Positions 8,609 to 17,002 are shown, numbered from the stretch's first letter. The stretch: DNA of 32,000 nt from Candidatus Thorarchaeota archaeon (GCA_048882505.1 JBHLRO010000014.1:60001-92000); one strand, 5' to 3'. Translations and numbers: made by a program. Notes: a model not told the origin generated them from the sequence alone.

Positions 8609-8640
8609 GAAAATGATTTTATAAAGAGTTCTAGAATCAT
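8609..8640 (-). promoter_or_regulatory. Promoter of the mini-gene/Myb operon
   Basis: gaaaatgattttataaagagttctagaatcat, 28/32 identical to 7200..7231. Confidence 0.75.
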
Positions 8641-8962
8641 TAACATCCTATTCCTCTCATCAAAACAGAACACACCCAAAATCATGGTTAACCCCTCTTC
8701 GTCTTAAAGCGAGAATGTCCAAGGAGACGGGCAAAATTTTTACAGCCTGCTATCTCAGAGTGATAACTTGGCTCACCGTATCACAAGTCCCAGGACATAC
8801 CCCCAGCTGAACTTTAATCGATCGGTGGGGCTGCGGACTGGGAGGAGTTTCGCCCGTCACACCTAAAGGATCCTCCAACACAAGGGGATCACTGACTAGA
8901 TGATTTGAGGCGAAGATTAGCCCATATAGGAAAATTTGTGTGCCAAAAGCTTTTGGAAAACC

Positions 8963-9121
8963 CTAATCAGCCATGGGAGGATTCGGTCCAGAGCCATTAC
9001 CGCTGGCTGTGCCAACGGACAGGAAGAGTAAGACCAGCATTATTACCCAGGGTAATAGTTTCCAGAAAGCAATGCCTACATCGGGTGTTCTGTCTCGAAG
9101 TCTAAGTTTCTCTTTCATCAT
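8963..9121 (-). CDS. Short signal-peptide ORF (peptide A), 52 aa; start could be 9130 or 9118
   Basis: Basic N-terminus, hydrophobic helix, C-terminal GNGSGPNPPMAD; resembles the ORF at 21884..22009. Confidence 0.5.
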   Translation of the reverse strand: MMKEKLRLRDRTPDVGIAFWKLLPWVIMLVLLFLSVGTASGNGSGPNPPMAD

Positions 9122-9156
9122 TTTCACCATTTTCAGTCTACTAGTGCGTCGTAACA

Positions 9157-9202
9157 TATGCGGAGAGATTCTCTAGGTCTTTTATGCGGAGAAATTCTCT
9201 AG
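9157..9202. repeat. Tandem 20-bp direct repeat with an internal dyad (putative operator pair)
   Basis: tatgcggagagattctctag (9157-9176) and tatgcggagaaattctctag (9183-9202), 19/20 identical, core GAGA-N3-TCTC, between divergent genes. Confidence 0.8.
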
Positions 9203-9240
9203 CCGCAAGTACAGCAGGGATATGAAATAACAAAGTTTAA

Positions 9241-10716
9241 ATGTTTTGGAGATCTCCTCTAGTGTTAAGCATGTCTCCTTCCTCCCTTTTAACCGCATAC
9301 TTGGAAAATAACCGACAAAAACAGGCTGGAGACTCGTCTACTCAGTTTATGCAAGAATGTCTTCTGGTTTGGGATTACATCCATGAAAAAGCACCTGAAC
9401 TTTCGGTGTCCGATATCAAATCATTCTCACGATCGATCTATAAGACGTTGACGCTGCCGCTCTATGAGAAATTTTCCGCTCTAGATTTTTTGGAGAAACA
9501 GGAGGGATGGGTTAAAGAGTACGCCAGCTTGACGATCAATTGGGCTGACAGGGGTCGGATCATTTTCCCCCTCCGCTTGATTACTTATGAAGTGGTCAAC
9601 CACCACAAACGCATCTTTGAGTTTTTCTTGCAAAAACTGCGAACAGGGGAGATGGAGGCCACCGCCCAGAATTTATTTGAGTTCCTGTTTCCTAAATTGT
9701 TAAATATTCCCATCCCTCTGACCAATACGGATCTACTTATTCTCAAGGCTCTTCAACCGTTACAGGATCGAACTGTGGACTATTTAAAGGGCGTTCCAAA
9801 TGAAGAACTCGCTGACTATTCAGGCAAATCCTTTCGGAACATTGTTCGACGCGTAGAATCCCTACGTTTCTGCCAGATTCATGTTCCCATCCATTTCTTG
9901 GATCTCGCGCAGCTAGGATATGAAACCTTCCTATTGTCCCACGATAGTCCTATTCCTGCACAGCTTGCGGACTATACCCTGATGTCCACCGACCTTATGA
10001 TTAGTACTTTTTCCATTGTGCAGATCCCAATTAAAAATAAGAAAATCTTCGTGGAATTTCAAGACCGACTCCAGCCCACCATCTTTCAACCGATGGCGGA
10101 TCGGGCACTAAACTGGAATCTCACGGGATTACGAGCCGGAGACGACGGGTGGGAAGTCCCTCCGTCCTTCATCTATTGTGATCCCACCATAGATCTTACT
10201 GTACCATCGCCAGCGCTTGGTATGTCTGTATTACCGGAACTGGAGCGGTTTCGCTCGCTGACTGCCGCAGACATCAAAATACTGGAATTCTTGACCACAA
10301 TGGGGAGTTTTACCACGAAGAAAAGGTTAAGTGACGCGGTCAAGGTCTCAACCAAAGAGGTCACCCAGCGTGTAACGGAGTACCAGTCCGAACGTCTGCT
10401 CCAGAAAGTCTACCAGTTCTATAACATCGGACTGGATCTAACCGTCTTCTTCTTCATTGCCAGCCCTCAGGATGTTGGAATTTCGTGGCTGAATCATTTT
10501 CTGACCTTTCCGAAAATGGACGTTTTTTCCAACACAGAGCCACCTACCTCATTCTATTTTGGGCATCTCAAACTTCCGCCGAAATGGTATAAAGATTTTA
10601 CTCGAAAACTCAAACAGATCAAGCAGAAGTTTCCTACGGTCAAAATTTATTATTCAGTGGAACCACCTCTAATGGCTAAGTGGAACCTGTCCCTGAAACA
10701 GACCTATGTGTCATAA
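9241..10716 (+). CDS. Tandem Lrp/AsnC-like double-HTH protein, paralog 2 (most divergent; start may be 9271)
   Basis: LDLAQLGYETFLL, NWNLTGL, LTAADIKILEFL, HFLTFPKMDVF, YFGHLKLP motifs shared with the paralogs. Confidence 0.9.
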   Translation: MFWRSPLVLSMSPSSLLTAYLENNRQKQAGDSSTQFMQECLLVWDYIHEKAPELSVSDIKSFSRSIYKTLTLPLYEKFSALDFLEKQEGWVKEYASLTINWADRGRIIFPLRLITYEVVNHHKRIFEFFLQKLRTGEMEATAQNLFEFLFPKLLNIPIPLTNTDLLILKALQPLQDRTVDYLKGVPNEELADYSGKSFRNIVRRVESLRFCQIHVPIHFLDLAQLGYETFLLSHDSPIPAQLADYTLMSTDLMISTFSIVQIPIKNKKIFVEFQDRLQPTIFQPMADRALNWNLTGLRAGDDGWEVPPSFIYCDPTIDLTVPSPALGMSVLPELERFRSLTAADIKILEFLTTMGSFTTKKRLSDAVKVSTKEVTQRVTEYQSERLLQKVYQFYNIGLDLTVFFFIASPQDVGISWLNHFLTFPKMDVFSNTEPPTSFYFGHLKLPPKWYKDFTRKLKQIKQKFPTVKIYYSVEPPLMAKWNLSLKQTYVS

Positions 10717-10984
10717 TGGAAACCAACTCCTCCATTTTGACGGACAAGCCACACCCATCCACCACACTTGCCCACACTGTGCGCGGGCACCAGTGAAGTC
10801 GTTTTTTTTTGACCAAGATCTTAGCATCCTCTGGTTTCGAGGGTATTTGGAAGGAGGTATCGCAACTTTTTGCCATGATCGGGCAATTTTTGGCATGATT
10901 TCGAACCTTCGTGTTTTATTGTTGGAAAGTACCTGGAGGGGACTGACGAAGTTAGTTACTTGTCAGAGAAGGATATACTCGTGA
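10706..10984 (+). CDS. Hypothetical protein with a CxxC motif
   Basis: Overlaps both neighbours in an operon-like arrangement; HTCPHC motif. Confidence 0.45.
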   Translation: MCHNGNQLLHFDGQATPIHHTCPHCARAPVKSFFFDQDLSILWFRGYLEGGIATFCHDRAIFGMISNLRVLLLESTWRGLTKLVTCQRRIYS

Positions 10985-11265
10985 CTCTCCTTACAAAGCA
11001 ATTTGGGGTTACATATCCCTTAGAACACGTTTTTCAACTGATTTATCTTAGTGCGAACCTCTTTTCCTCATTTGAGGTGCAAGATGCCCTGGCTGAATTA
11101 AAATTGCAGGATCCTCATCGATATTCTCCCGAGGAGCACAAGATCGTGCTCCGTTACTTCCTGGATCTCATCGAGAATCTGACGGCTGAACGCCTCAATC
11201 TCATCCAAAATCCCACGGACGACCAATGCTATGTACTCGTCGGTTTCGCGGCAGGAGGCCCCTGA
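10960..11265 (+). CDS. Hypothetical helical protein
   Basis: 101-aa ORF with TTG start; its stop overlaps the next ATG (TGATG). Confidence 0.65.
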   Translation: MSEKDILVTLLTKQFGVTYPLEHVFQLIYLSANLFSSFEVQDALAELKLQDPHRYSPEEHKIVLRYFLDLIENLTAERLNLIQNPTDDQCYVLVGFAAGGP

Positions 11266-11696
11266 TGGTGTATGTCACCCCCCGTTTCATGGAGACCCGA
11301 AAAATGACCCGGCTAAAACAAGTTGTGCGAACCGAAGAGGACATTCAGTCAGGGCAGATGACCCAGCTGGCCGACCGGGTACTCATCCTCTTGTCCTTCA
11401 AGGACGCACCAGTCCAGAACTTATCGTTCATCCTCAAGGCGCTGGGCATCCAGACGGTGGAAGAAAAATCCCAGATCTTACACGAAATTTTCGGTTTGAT
11501 CCGCCAAGGGATCATCTACGTGCCCGACACCGGTTTGCCGGAGCTGATCCAGAACCGCCTCATAGATGCGCAGTCCTTAGATAAGATTGATTTACGTCTG
11601 CTCCAACCTTACGATAAGATCATCGAGGAAATCCAACGACAGGTCAGACTCGCACGGGAAAAACACGACGCAGTTGAAGCGAACCACCATGTCTAG
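11265..11696 (+). CDS. Hypothetical protein, probable winged helix
   Basis: GGAGG then an ATG coupled to the upstream stop; helical pattern ending LIRQGIIYV. Confidence 0.7.
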   Translation: MVYVTPRFMETRKMTRLKQVVRTEEDIQSGQMTQLADRVLILLSFKDAPVQNLSFILKALGIQTVEEKSQILHEIFGLIRQGIIYVPDTGLPELIQNRLIDAQSLDKIDLRLLQPYDKIIEEIQRQVRLAREKHDAVEANHHV

Positions 11697-12006
11697 TAAC
11701 ACCTCTCATTCTAGTCCACGGGGCACGGTCGCCCAAATCCTGAGGCTCTTAAGCGCTCTACGCGACGGGGCCGCCGTGACCGTCCAGGAACTGAAGGCCT
11801 CCATCAATCACAACCTTTCCTGGAGCCTCTTCCTCTGTGGCCTGGCCTACTTGAGTGAGATCAGGGCCATTCAGATTTCCGACGCGGGCATGGTGGCTCG
11901 ACTTTCCACTGCCCCCATCACCATCCCTCTCGATATTGAGACCCGTCTCCAGGAAATCGTCCGAAAATATGATGTCACCCAAAACCAAGCATATCGTGTG
12001 ATCTAA
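11689..12006 (+). CDS. Small winged-helix-like protein
   Basis: QILRLLSAL...VTVQELKASI..LAYLSEIRAIQI; overlaps the upstream gene. Confidence 0.65.
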   Translation: MSSNTSHSSPRGTVAQILRLLSALRDGAAVTVQELKASINHNLSWSLFLCGLAYLSEIRAIQISDAGMVARLSTAPITIPLDIETRLQEIVRKYDVTQNQAYRVI

Positions 12007-12053
12007 ATGGTGTGTGTACCCTTATGGTATATCATAGAACGAAAAGTTTTTCG

Positions 12054-12491
12054 ATGGTAGAATCCTTGTTTCCCGTCCCCGATACCCCTACCGAAACTGT
12101 GAATTGTGATCTGCTGATCGTGGAGGATAACGTGGATCTGCAAGAATATTATCACATTCTCTTTGGCATGACCCCGTGGAACATTGTCGCGCTCCTTGCC
12201 GATGGACTGGAAGCGATCAGCTATTACAAGGATCTCTACCCCAAACCCTCGGTCATTCTCTTAGATATCGACCTGCCAGGCTGCTCAGGGCTTCAGGTCG
12301 CTGAACACATCCTGCAAGCCCACCCCGCCCAGAAAATTGTCTTTGTGAGCGGGGTGCGTCGCGATCTCGTCATCCCTACGGCCCTCCAGGGTATCCCGTG
12401 GATTGACAAACCTTTCCGGATAGATGATTTGCTTGACACCCTTGAGACATTACGCGGTCAAGAGACTCCCGAACCTCCAAGGGATGGGTAG
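12054..12491 (+). CDS. Stand-alone CheY-like response regulator receiver (start may be 12012)
   Basis: LLIVED, ILLDIDLPGCSG (phospho-acceptor Asp), FVSG and KPF are all present. Confidence 0.92.
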   Translation: MVESLFPVPDTPTETVNCDLLIVEDNVDLQEYYHILFGMTPWNIVALLADGLEAISYYKDLYPKPSVILLDIDLPGCSGLQVAEHILQAHPAQKIVFVSGVRRDLVIPTALQGIPWIDKPFRIDDLLDTLETLRGQETPEPPRDG

Positions 12492-12639
12492 GTGGTCCGG
12501 GGGGATACCCCGCCTGTAGTGATCGACGGTCATAGTGATATCCCAGTAGAATTTCATGTTGCAGAAGAGTGACCAGGGAGGGGGGATCCGTCAGGATGAT
12601 CCCTCCTGAGGATAGGTGGTCGAGAGCGGAATACCCCAA
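12485..12639 (-). pseudogene. Degenerate collapsed copy of the double-HTH family
   Basis: GGIILTDPPSLVTLL (matches the paralog 3 N-terminus GGIVLTDLPSLATLL) joined with a frameshift to NMKFYWDITMTVDHYRRGIP, then TTYP in another frame (matches the family C-terminus). Confidence 0.75.
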
Positions 12640-14096
12640 TTCGCCCGATCAACTGGCGTATAGATCTTCCAGTAGAATCTCATATCGGCATCTCGCTGTG
12701 CCTCAAGGATGCGATCCATGTTGCGGGCGAAGGGTTTAATCCATTTGTTTGGAAGTTTGAGATGTCCGAAATAGACTTGAGAGGCCCCTTCGTTGTGAGA
12801 GAAGACATCTGCTTTGGGAAAAGTCAGGAAGTGATCCATCCACGAGATAGACCCCCCCTCTATGGAGAGATAGAAGAATATGGTCAGATCCAGGCCCACT
12901 TTGGCAGGATTGCCTACTCTTACAACCAGGTGGCTCTCTACCATTTCCTTAAGTCCCGTCGATATTCGGGTAACGGACACTCCAATCGCCTTACTTAGGG
13001 CACTTACCGACTGAAAAGATCCTTTAATACTGTAAAAGTCAAGCACCTTGATATCTGCCGGTTTAAGGGGAAAGGGAGAAAATACAGGGGATAGCGAAAA
13101 GTCTACATTCGGCGTGGGAGCGATGAGATCGACTTCAGGTTCGCCATACAAGAGGGACGGAGGGATCTGCCAGGGATCCTCACCCCCCATCAGACCAGTC
13201 AGGTTCCAGTTAACTAGACGGCGATCCATCGAAAAATTGAGCTTGGTATCCGTCAACGATCGTATTGAGGCTAAGATCTTCGGTTGGGAATAAGGGATTT
13301 GCAGGAGACTGAAGGTTCCCAACTGCATCGTGGATGAGAGTAACAAATAATCCCGATATTCTGCGGGAAAGCCGTCTGTATGGAATAACAGGGTGGTTTC
13401 GTACCCGAGCTGCCCCATGTCTAGGGCAAGCATATCCTGAAGCACACCTACCTCATCTAATCGTCTCAACCGACGCATGACCGTTTTTTTGGAGGCCTCA
13501 ACATGGGGGAGATAATCGGCCTTGGAGAATTCGCGGAATGGGTTTTTTGCCCTTGTTTGCAGGAGGGTCCGTGTCTTCAGGAGCGCTACATCCAACGGGT
13601 CCAGGGGCACTATGAAATTTCCCAACACAGGCAGGAGCGTTTCCCAAAGGGCTCGCCTTGTGCCCTTGATCCCGCCACTCCGCAATCCTTGTAAGTAGAA
13701 GTTGAGGAGATTGTCCTTGTGATAACATATCTCATAGGCGAGAAATCTCATTGGGAAGAGATAACTTCCATGTCCCTCCCACTTTATGGTAATAGAGGCG
13801 TATCGCTTTTCCCAAGGTTCGACGCGCTCGAGTGAGGGATCCGGGGAATATTTTTGGTAGAACGCGAGAACATGAGAGTGGAAAATGCGTCGGGAGATAG
13901 GGTACAGGTCATCTAATGTGGCCTTCTTCGCCTCCTCATGGATAATGACCCAGATAGACAGGAAATCGGCCACGAACGGCTCGATGAAGTGTTCCTCAGA
14001 TCTCCCGAGGACACTGTCCAGGAGAGTGGCCAGGGAGGGGAGATCCGTTAAGACAATCCCTCCTGTGAAAAGGTTTCGGACAATGAGAGACTCCAC
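12591..14096 (-). CDS. Tandem Lrp/AsnC-like double-HTH protein, paralog 3
   Basis: Same family motifs; the GTG start overlaps paralog 4 by 49 nt (exact start uncertain). Confidence 0.9.
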   Translation of the reverse strand: MESLIVRNLFTGGIVLTDLPSLATLLDSVLGRSEEHFIEPFVADFLSIWVIIHEEAKKATLDDLYPISRRIFHSHVLAFYQKYSPDPSLERVEPWEKRYASITIKWEGHGSYLFPMRFLAYEICYHKDNLLNFYLQGLRSGGIKGTRRALWETLLPVLGNFIVPLDPLDVALLKTRTLLQTRAKNPFREFSKADYLPHVEASKKTVMRRLRRLDEVGVLQDMLALDMGQLGYETTLLFHTDGFPAEYRDYLLLSSTMQLGTFSLLQIPYSQPKILASIRSLTDTKLNFSMDRRLVNWNLTGLMGGEDPWQIPPSLLYGEPEVDLIAPTPNVDFSLSPVFSPFPLKPADIKVLDFYSIKGSFQSVSALSKAIGVSVTRISTGLKEMVESHLVVRVGNPAKVGLDLTIFFYLSIEGGSISWMDHFLTFPKADVFSHNEGASQVYFGHLKLPNKWIKPFARNMDRILEAQRDADMRFYWKIYTPVDRANWGIPLSTTYPQEGSS

Positions 14097-15538
14097 TTGA
14101 AATGATCCACTGGTGAGATTAGTTGCCAGTAAAACTTCATGTCTGCTTGCCGCTGCTCGTTCACAATGACAGCCAGATTACGGGCAAATGGTTTAATCCA
14201 TTTGAGGGGTAACTTGAGATAGCCAAAGTAGGCGGAAGTAGATGCCTGCTCGTGGATGAAAAGATCCACCTTGGGGAACGCTAAAAAGTGGTCTACCCAG
14301 GGGATAGAGTCCCCCTTGATGGATAAGAAGAAGTAGCACGAAATATCGAGTCCAATGCTAAAGAACTGGGTCATTCGAATGATCAGATCTTGCTGTGAGT
14401 ACCTTTTCAGGGCGGCGGAGAGATGGGGTACGGATACGTCAATGATTTGACTAAATTCCGTGAGCGAGGCAGACCCGCCCTCACTACTGATAAAATCCAA
14501 AATCCTGATATCTGCGGGAGTTAATGGTATGGGATCAAATTCTGGAGGTAAAGACAAGTCTAACCGAGGAGTAGGGGTAATTAAGTTGATTTGCGGATCG
14601 TTATACACCAGGGAGGGAGCAACCTGCCACGGGTCTTCGCCCCCGATGAAGCCCGTCAAATTCCAGTTGCTAATTCGGCGCAGCATGGGATATGAGACAA
14701 GAGACTCCAACTGATCTTGTAGTTGGTGTAACGTACTGGTCTTCTGAAACGGAATTTGCACCAGACTGAAGATTCCCAGTTGCATACGACTGGACATAAG
14801 TAAATAAGGGCGAAACTCCTCGGGAAAATCATTGGTATGAAAAAGGAGGAATGTTTCATACCCGAGCTGCCCCATATCAAGGAAGTAAAGGACTCCCATG
14901 ATCTGAAGCAGATCCAGCTTGGCCCATCTTCGTGTGATCGTTTTTTGCGAGGTGCGGACAAATGTGCCGATCTCGGTTTTTGAAAAGTCTCCGAAGAGTT
15001 TTCCCCCATTGTGTTCTAACCAGAGAATACTCTTCAATATGTCAATATCGACTGGGTCCAGGGGGACTACAAAGTTGGTTAAGGTGGGAAGGAGAAAGTT
15101 AAAGAGTGCGTCCTTTGTGCCTTTCATCTCGTTGGTCCGTAGCTTCTGCAAGTAGAGCCAAAGAAGCTTCTTCTGGTGATAAAAATACTCATACAACAAT
15201 AAATGAAGTGGAAGGTAATAAAGTCCTCGCTTGTTCCAATTGATCAAAATTGAAGCGTAACGCTTTTCCGTGGCGGGAACACGCTTGAGAACAGGATCAC
15301 CGGCATATTTGTGGTAGAACGGGAGAACCTGTTCATTAAGGATTTTCCGACACAGTGGAAGGAGATCGTCAAACGCAATATTTTTCGCTTGCTGTTGGAT
15401 AGAGGCCCAGATGGCAAGGAAATCCGCGACAAAGGGATCGATCTGGTGTTTACCCTTATTGGTCAAAGCGACATTCAATAACTTCGAGAGAGCGGATTTT
15501 CCTGTCATCATGCCACTTCCAAAAGCGATTTGGGACAA
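14048..15538 (-). CDS. Tandem Lrp/AsnC-like double-HTH protein, paralog 4 (start may be ATG 15511)
   Basis: LDPVDIDIL..SQKTITRRW..LDMGQLGY; LTPADIRILDF; HFLAFPKVD. Confidence 0.9.
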   Translation of the reverse strand: MSQIAFGSGMMTGKSALSKLLNVALTNKGKHQIDPFVADFLAIWASIQQQAKNIAFDDLLPLCRKILNEQVLPFYHKYAGDPVLKRVPATEKRYASILINWNKRGLYYLPLHLLLYEYFYHQKKLLWLYLQKLRTNEMKGTKDALFNFLLPTLTNFVVPLDPVDIDILKSILWLEHNGGKLFGDFSKTEIGTFVRTSQKTITRRWAKLDLLQIMGVLYFLDMGQLGYETFLLFHTNDFPEEFRPYLLMSSRMQLGIFSLVQIPFQKTSTLHQLQDQLESLVSYPMLRRISNWNLTGFIGGEDPWQVAPSLVYNDPQINLITPTPRLDLSLPPEFDPIPLTPADIRILDFISSEGGSASLTEFSQIIDVSVPHLSAALKRYSQQDLIIRMTQFFSIGLDISCYFFLSIKGDSIPWVDHFLAFPKVDLFIHEQASTSAYFGYLKLPLKWIKPFARNLAVIVNEQRQADMKFYWQLISPVDHFKWSLSLSETFSQEGLS

Positions 15539-15724
15539 ACCATGGACTTGACCCCGCTCCGTACTCTATCTCAGGTTATTGATTATGTTTCGTTGACTCA
15601 GACAGTTATAACCTCCAAATATTTTAAAGTGCTTTGAAATAGAAAAACACCCCGTTCTTCTAGAACAGATGGGCCTGACCACTTTGGTAGTGCTATGGTC
15701 CAGGGTAGCAACCGCGTGCGGCCT

Positions 15725-16462
15725 TCAACAGCGCCACTGGGAGATCCCGTCATGCCGGGTCATGGTCGGACGGAAAGGAAAACCTAATACCACACAGGCC
15801 TCTCCGACCGAGTCCTCGAGCCGTTTTAATGCGCCCGTCTTGTCTGAGGGAAGGGGGTCGAGCGAAGGAGACTCATAGAAAGTGACCAGTTCCTTGACGA
15901 GGTGGATGAGCTGCGAGGAACCGATAATCGTGTAGGGATCCACACGACTGACAAGGCGGTATCGGCGGCGTTCGGCGATTTCAAGGGCGGTCACGACCGC
16001 AAAAGGCGTCATTAGGGGGGGTTCGCACGGCGCATAGACTGTCACGCGACGCTGGAATTCACGACTCGAGATCCGACCTCGTTGCGAAAAGTACGGAAAT
16101 AACCGATGGCGGAGGTCGTTCGCCCAGAGGTCGGTGTGCTTCCAGGCTGAGAACAGCATGTGTGCTTCCAATGAGTACCAGGGCCAGGGAGAGGCGATTC
16201 GGAGAGTGGCAAAGGCGGAGTCAATCGTTTCGGCCAGTTTGGCTCGACATAGGTACGTGACTAGGATCGGCAGTATCTGCTCCATCGAGGACACCAAGTC
16301 GTTATTGATGAACAGCGTGTGCGTCCGGCTGTGTGGATTGGAATCCAGACAGATCGTCTCTCCCCTCCAGACTTCAAAGAACACCCGCCACTCCAGAGCG
16401 AGTCTTTTGAACACAGGCTGGGTTTCAGAGCTGAGCTGTCTCACGAAATAGTGATAGGGCAT
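15725..16462 (-). CDS. Hypothetical protein
   Basis: The ATG at 16462 overlaps the longin gene end; no family recognised. Confidence 0.7.
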   Translation of the reverse strand: MPYHYFVRQLSSETQPVFKRLALEWRVFFEVWRGETICLDSNPHSRTHTLFINNDLVSSMEQILPILVTYLCRAKLAETIDSAFATLRIASPWPWYSLEAHMLFSAWKHTDLWANDLRHRLFPYFSQRGRISSREFQRRVTVYAPCEPPLMTPFAVVTALEIAERRRYRLVSRVDPYTIIGSSQLIHLVKELVTFYESPSLDPLPSDKTGALKRLEDSVGEACVVLGFPFRPTMTRHDGISQWRC

Positions 16463-16860
16463 ATGAGATCCCCGTCCTGCGGGCCTTTTAACTGGTGAAG
16501 TTGTTGGGCAATCCACTGGGCAAAAGATTCGAAATGGCGGGGTTGGTTGCTTTCTACCCAGGGAAATTGTTCCACAAATCGGTCGAGAATCGTGTTGACG
16601 CATTCCAGGATACCTGGGGTTAGCGCTTGATCCCGCGAAACGAGGGCCACAAGATGCGTCTTTTCCCCCTGACGAAAAACCAGCTTGCTGTTTTGGAGCT
16701 GAATCTCGTCAATGGTGTCCTTCAACCATTCCCTGGCAAGCTGGACAAATGCCACCAGATATCCCCCGATCAACTGCGGATCCTCCGTCAGTTTGGGTTC
16801 ACAATGGACATCGATCAGGCATCCCAGCGTTTCGTGAATAATAAAGATGGAATGGATCAT
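16441..16860 (-). CDS. Longin-like domain protein (Asgard type)
   Basis: MIHSIFIIH..G..L...DPQLIGGYL.AF...A.E.....IDEIQL...KLVF.....LVALV matches the longin pattern common in Asgard archaea. Confidence 0.75.
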   Translation of the reverse strand: MIHSIFIIHETLGCLIDVHCEPKLTEDPQLIGGYLVAFVQLAREWLKDTIDEIQLQNSKLVFRQGEKTHLVALVSRDQALTPGILECVNTILDRFVEQFPWVESNQPRHFESFAQWIAQQLHQLKGPQDGDLICPITIS

Positions 16861-17002
16861 CGATCACACCTAGTTCTAGGTATTTCTTGAAAATGAATTC
16901 AACAGATTTTTTCAGTTTCTTCAGAATGTAAAGAAACTTTTGAAGGAAAAATTTACTAGATAGTTTTTAAAACTTTGCCTTCTGTACCTTCGCCTGAGGA
17001 CA

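Noticed and set aside
8743-8965. TAG readthrough (pyrrolysine) extending peptide A into GFPKAFGTQIF...
   Set aside because: The extension only faintly resembles FG-GAP proteins, and there is no pyl machinery in the window.
14048-14096. Programmed -1 frameshift fusing paralog 4 to paralog 3
   Set aside because: The frames are compatible, but there is no canonical X XXY YYZ slippery heptamer in the zero frame.
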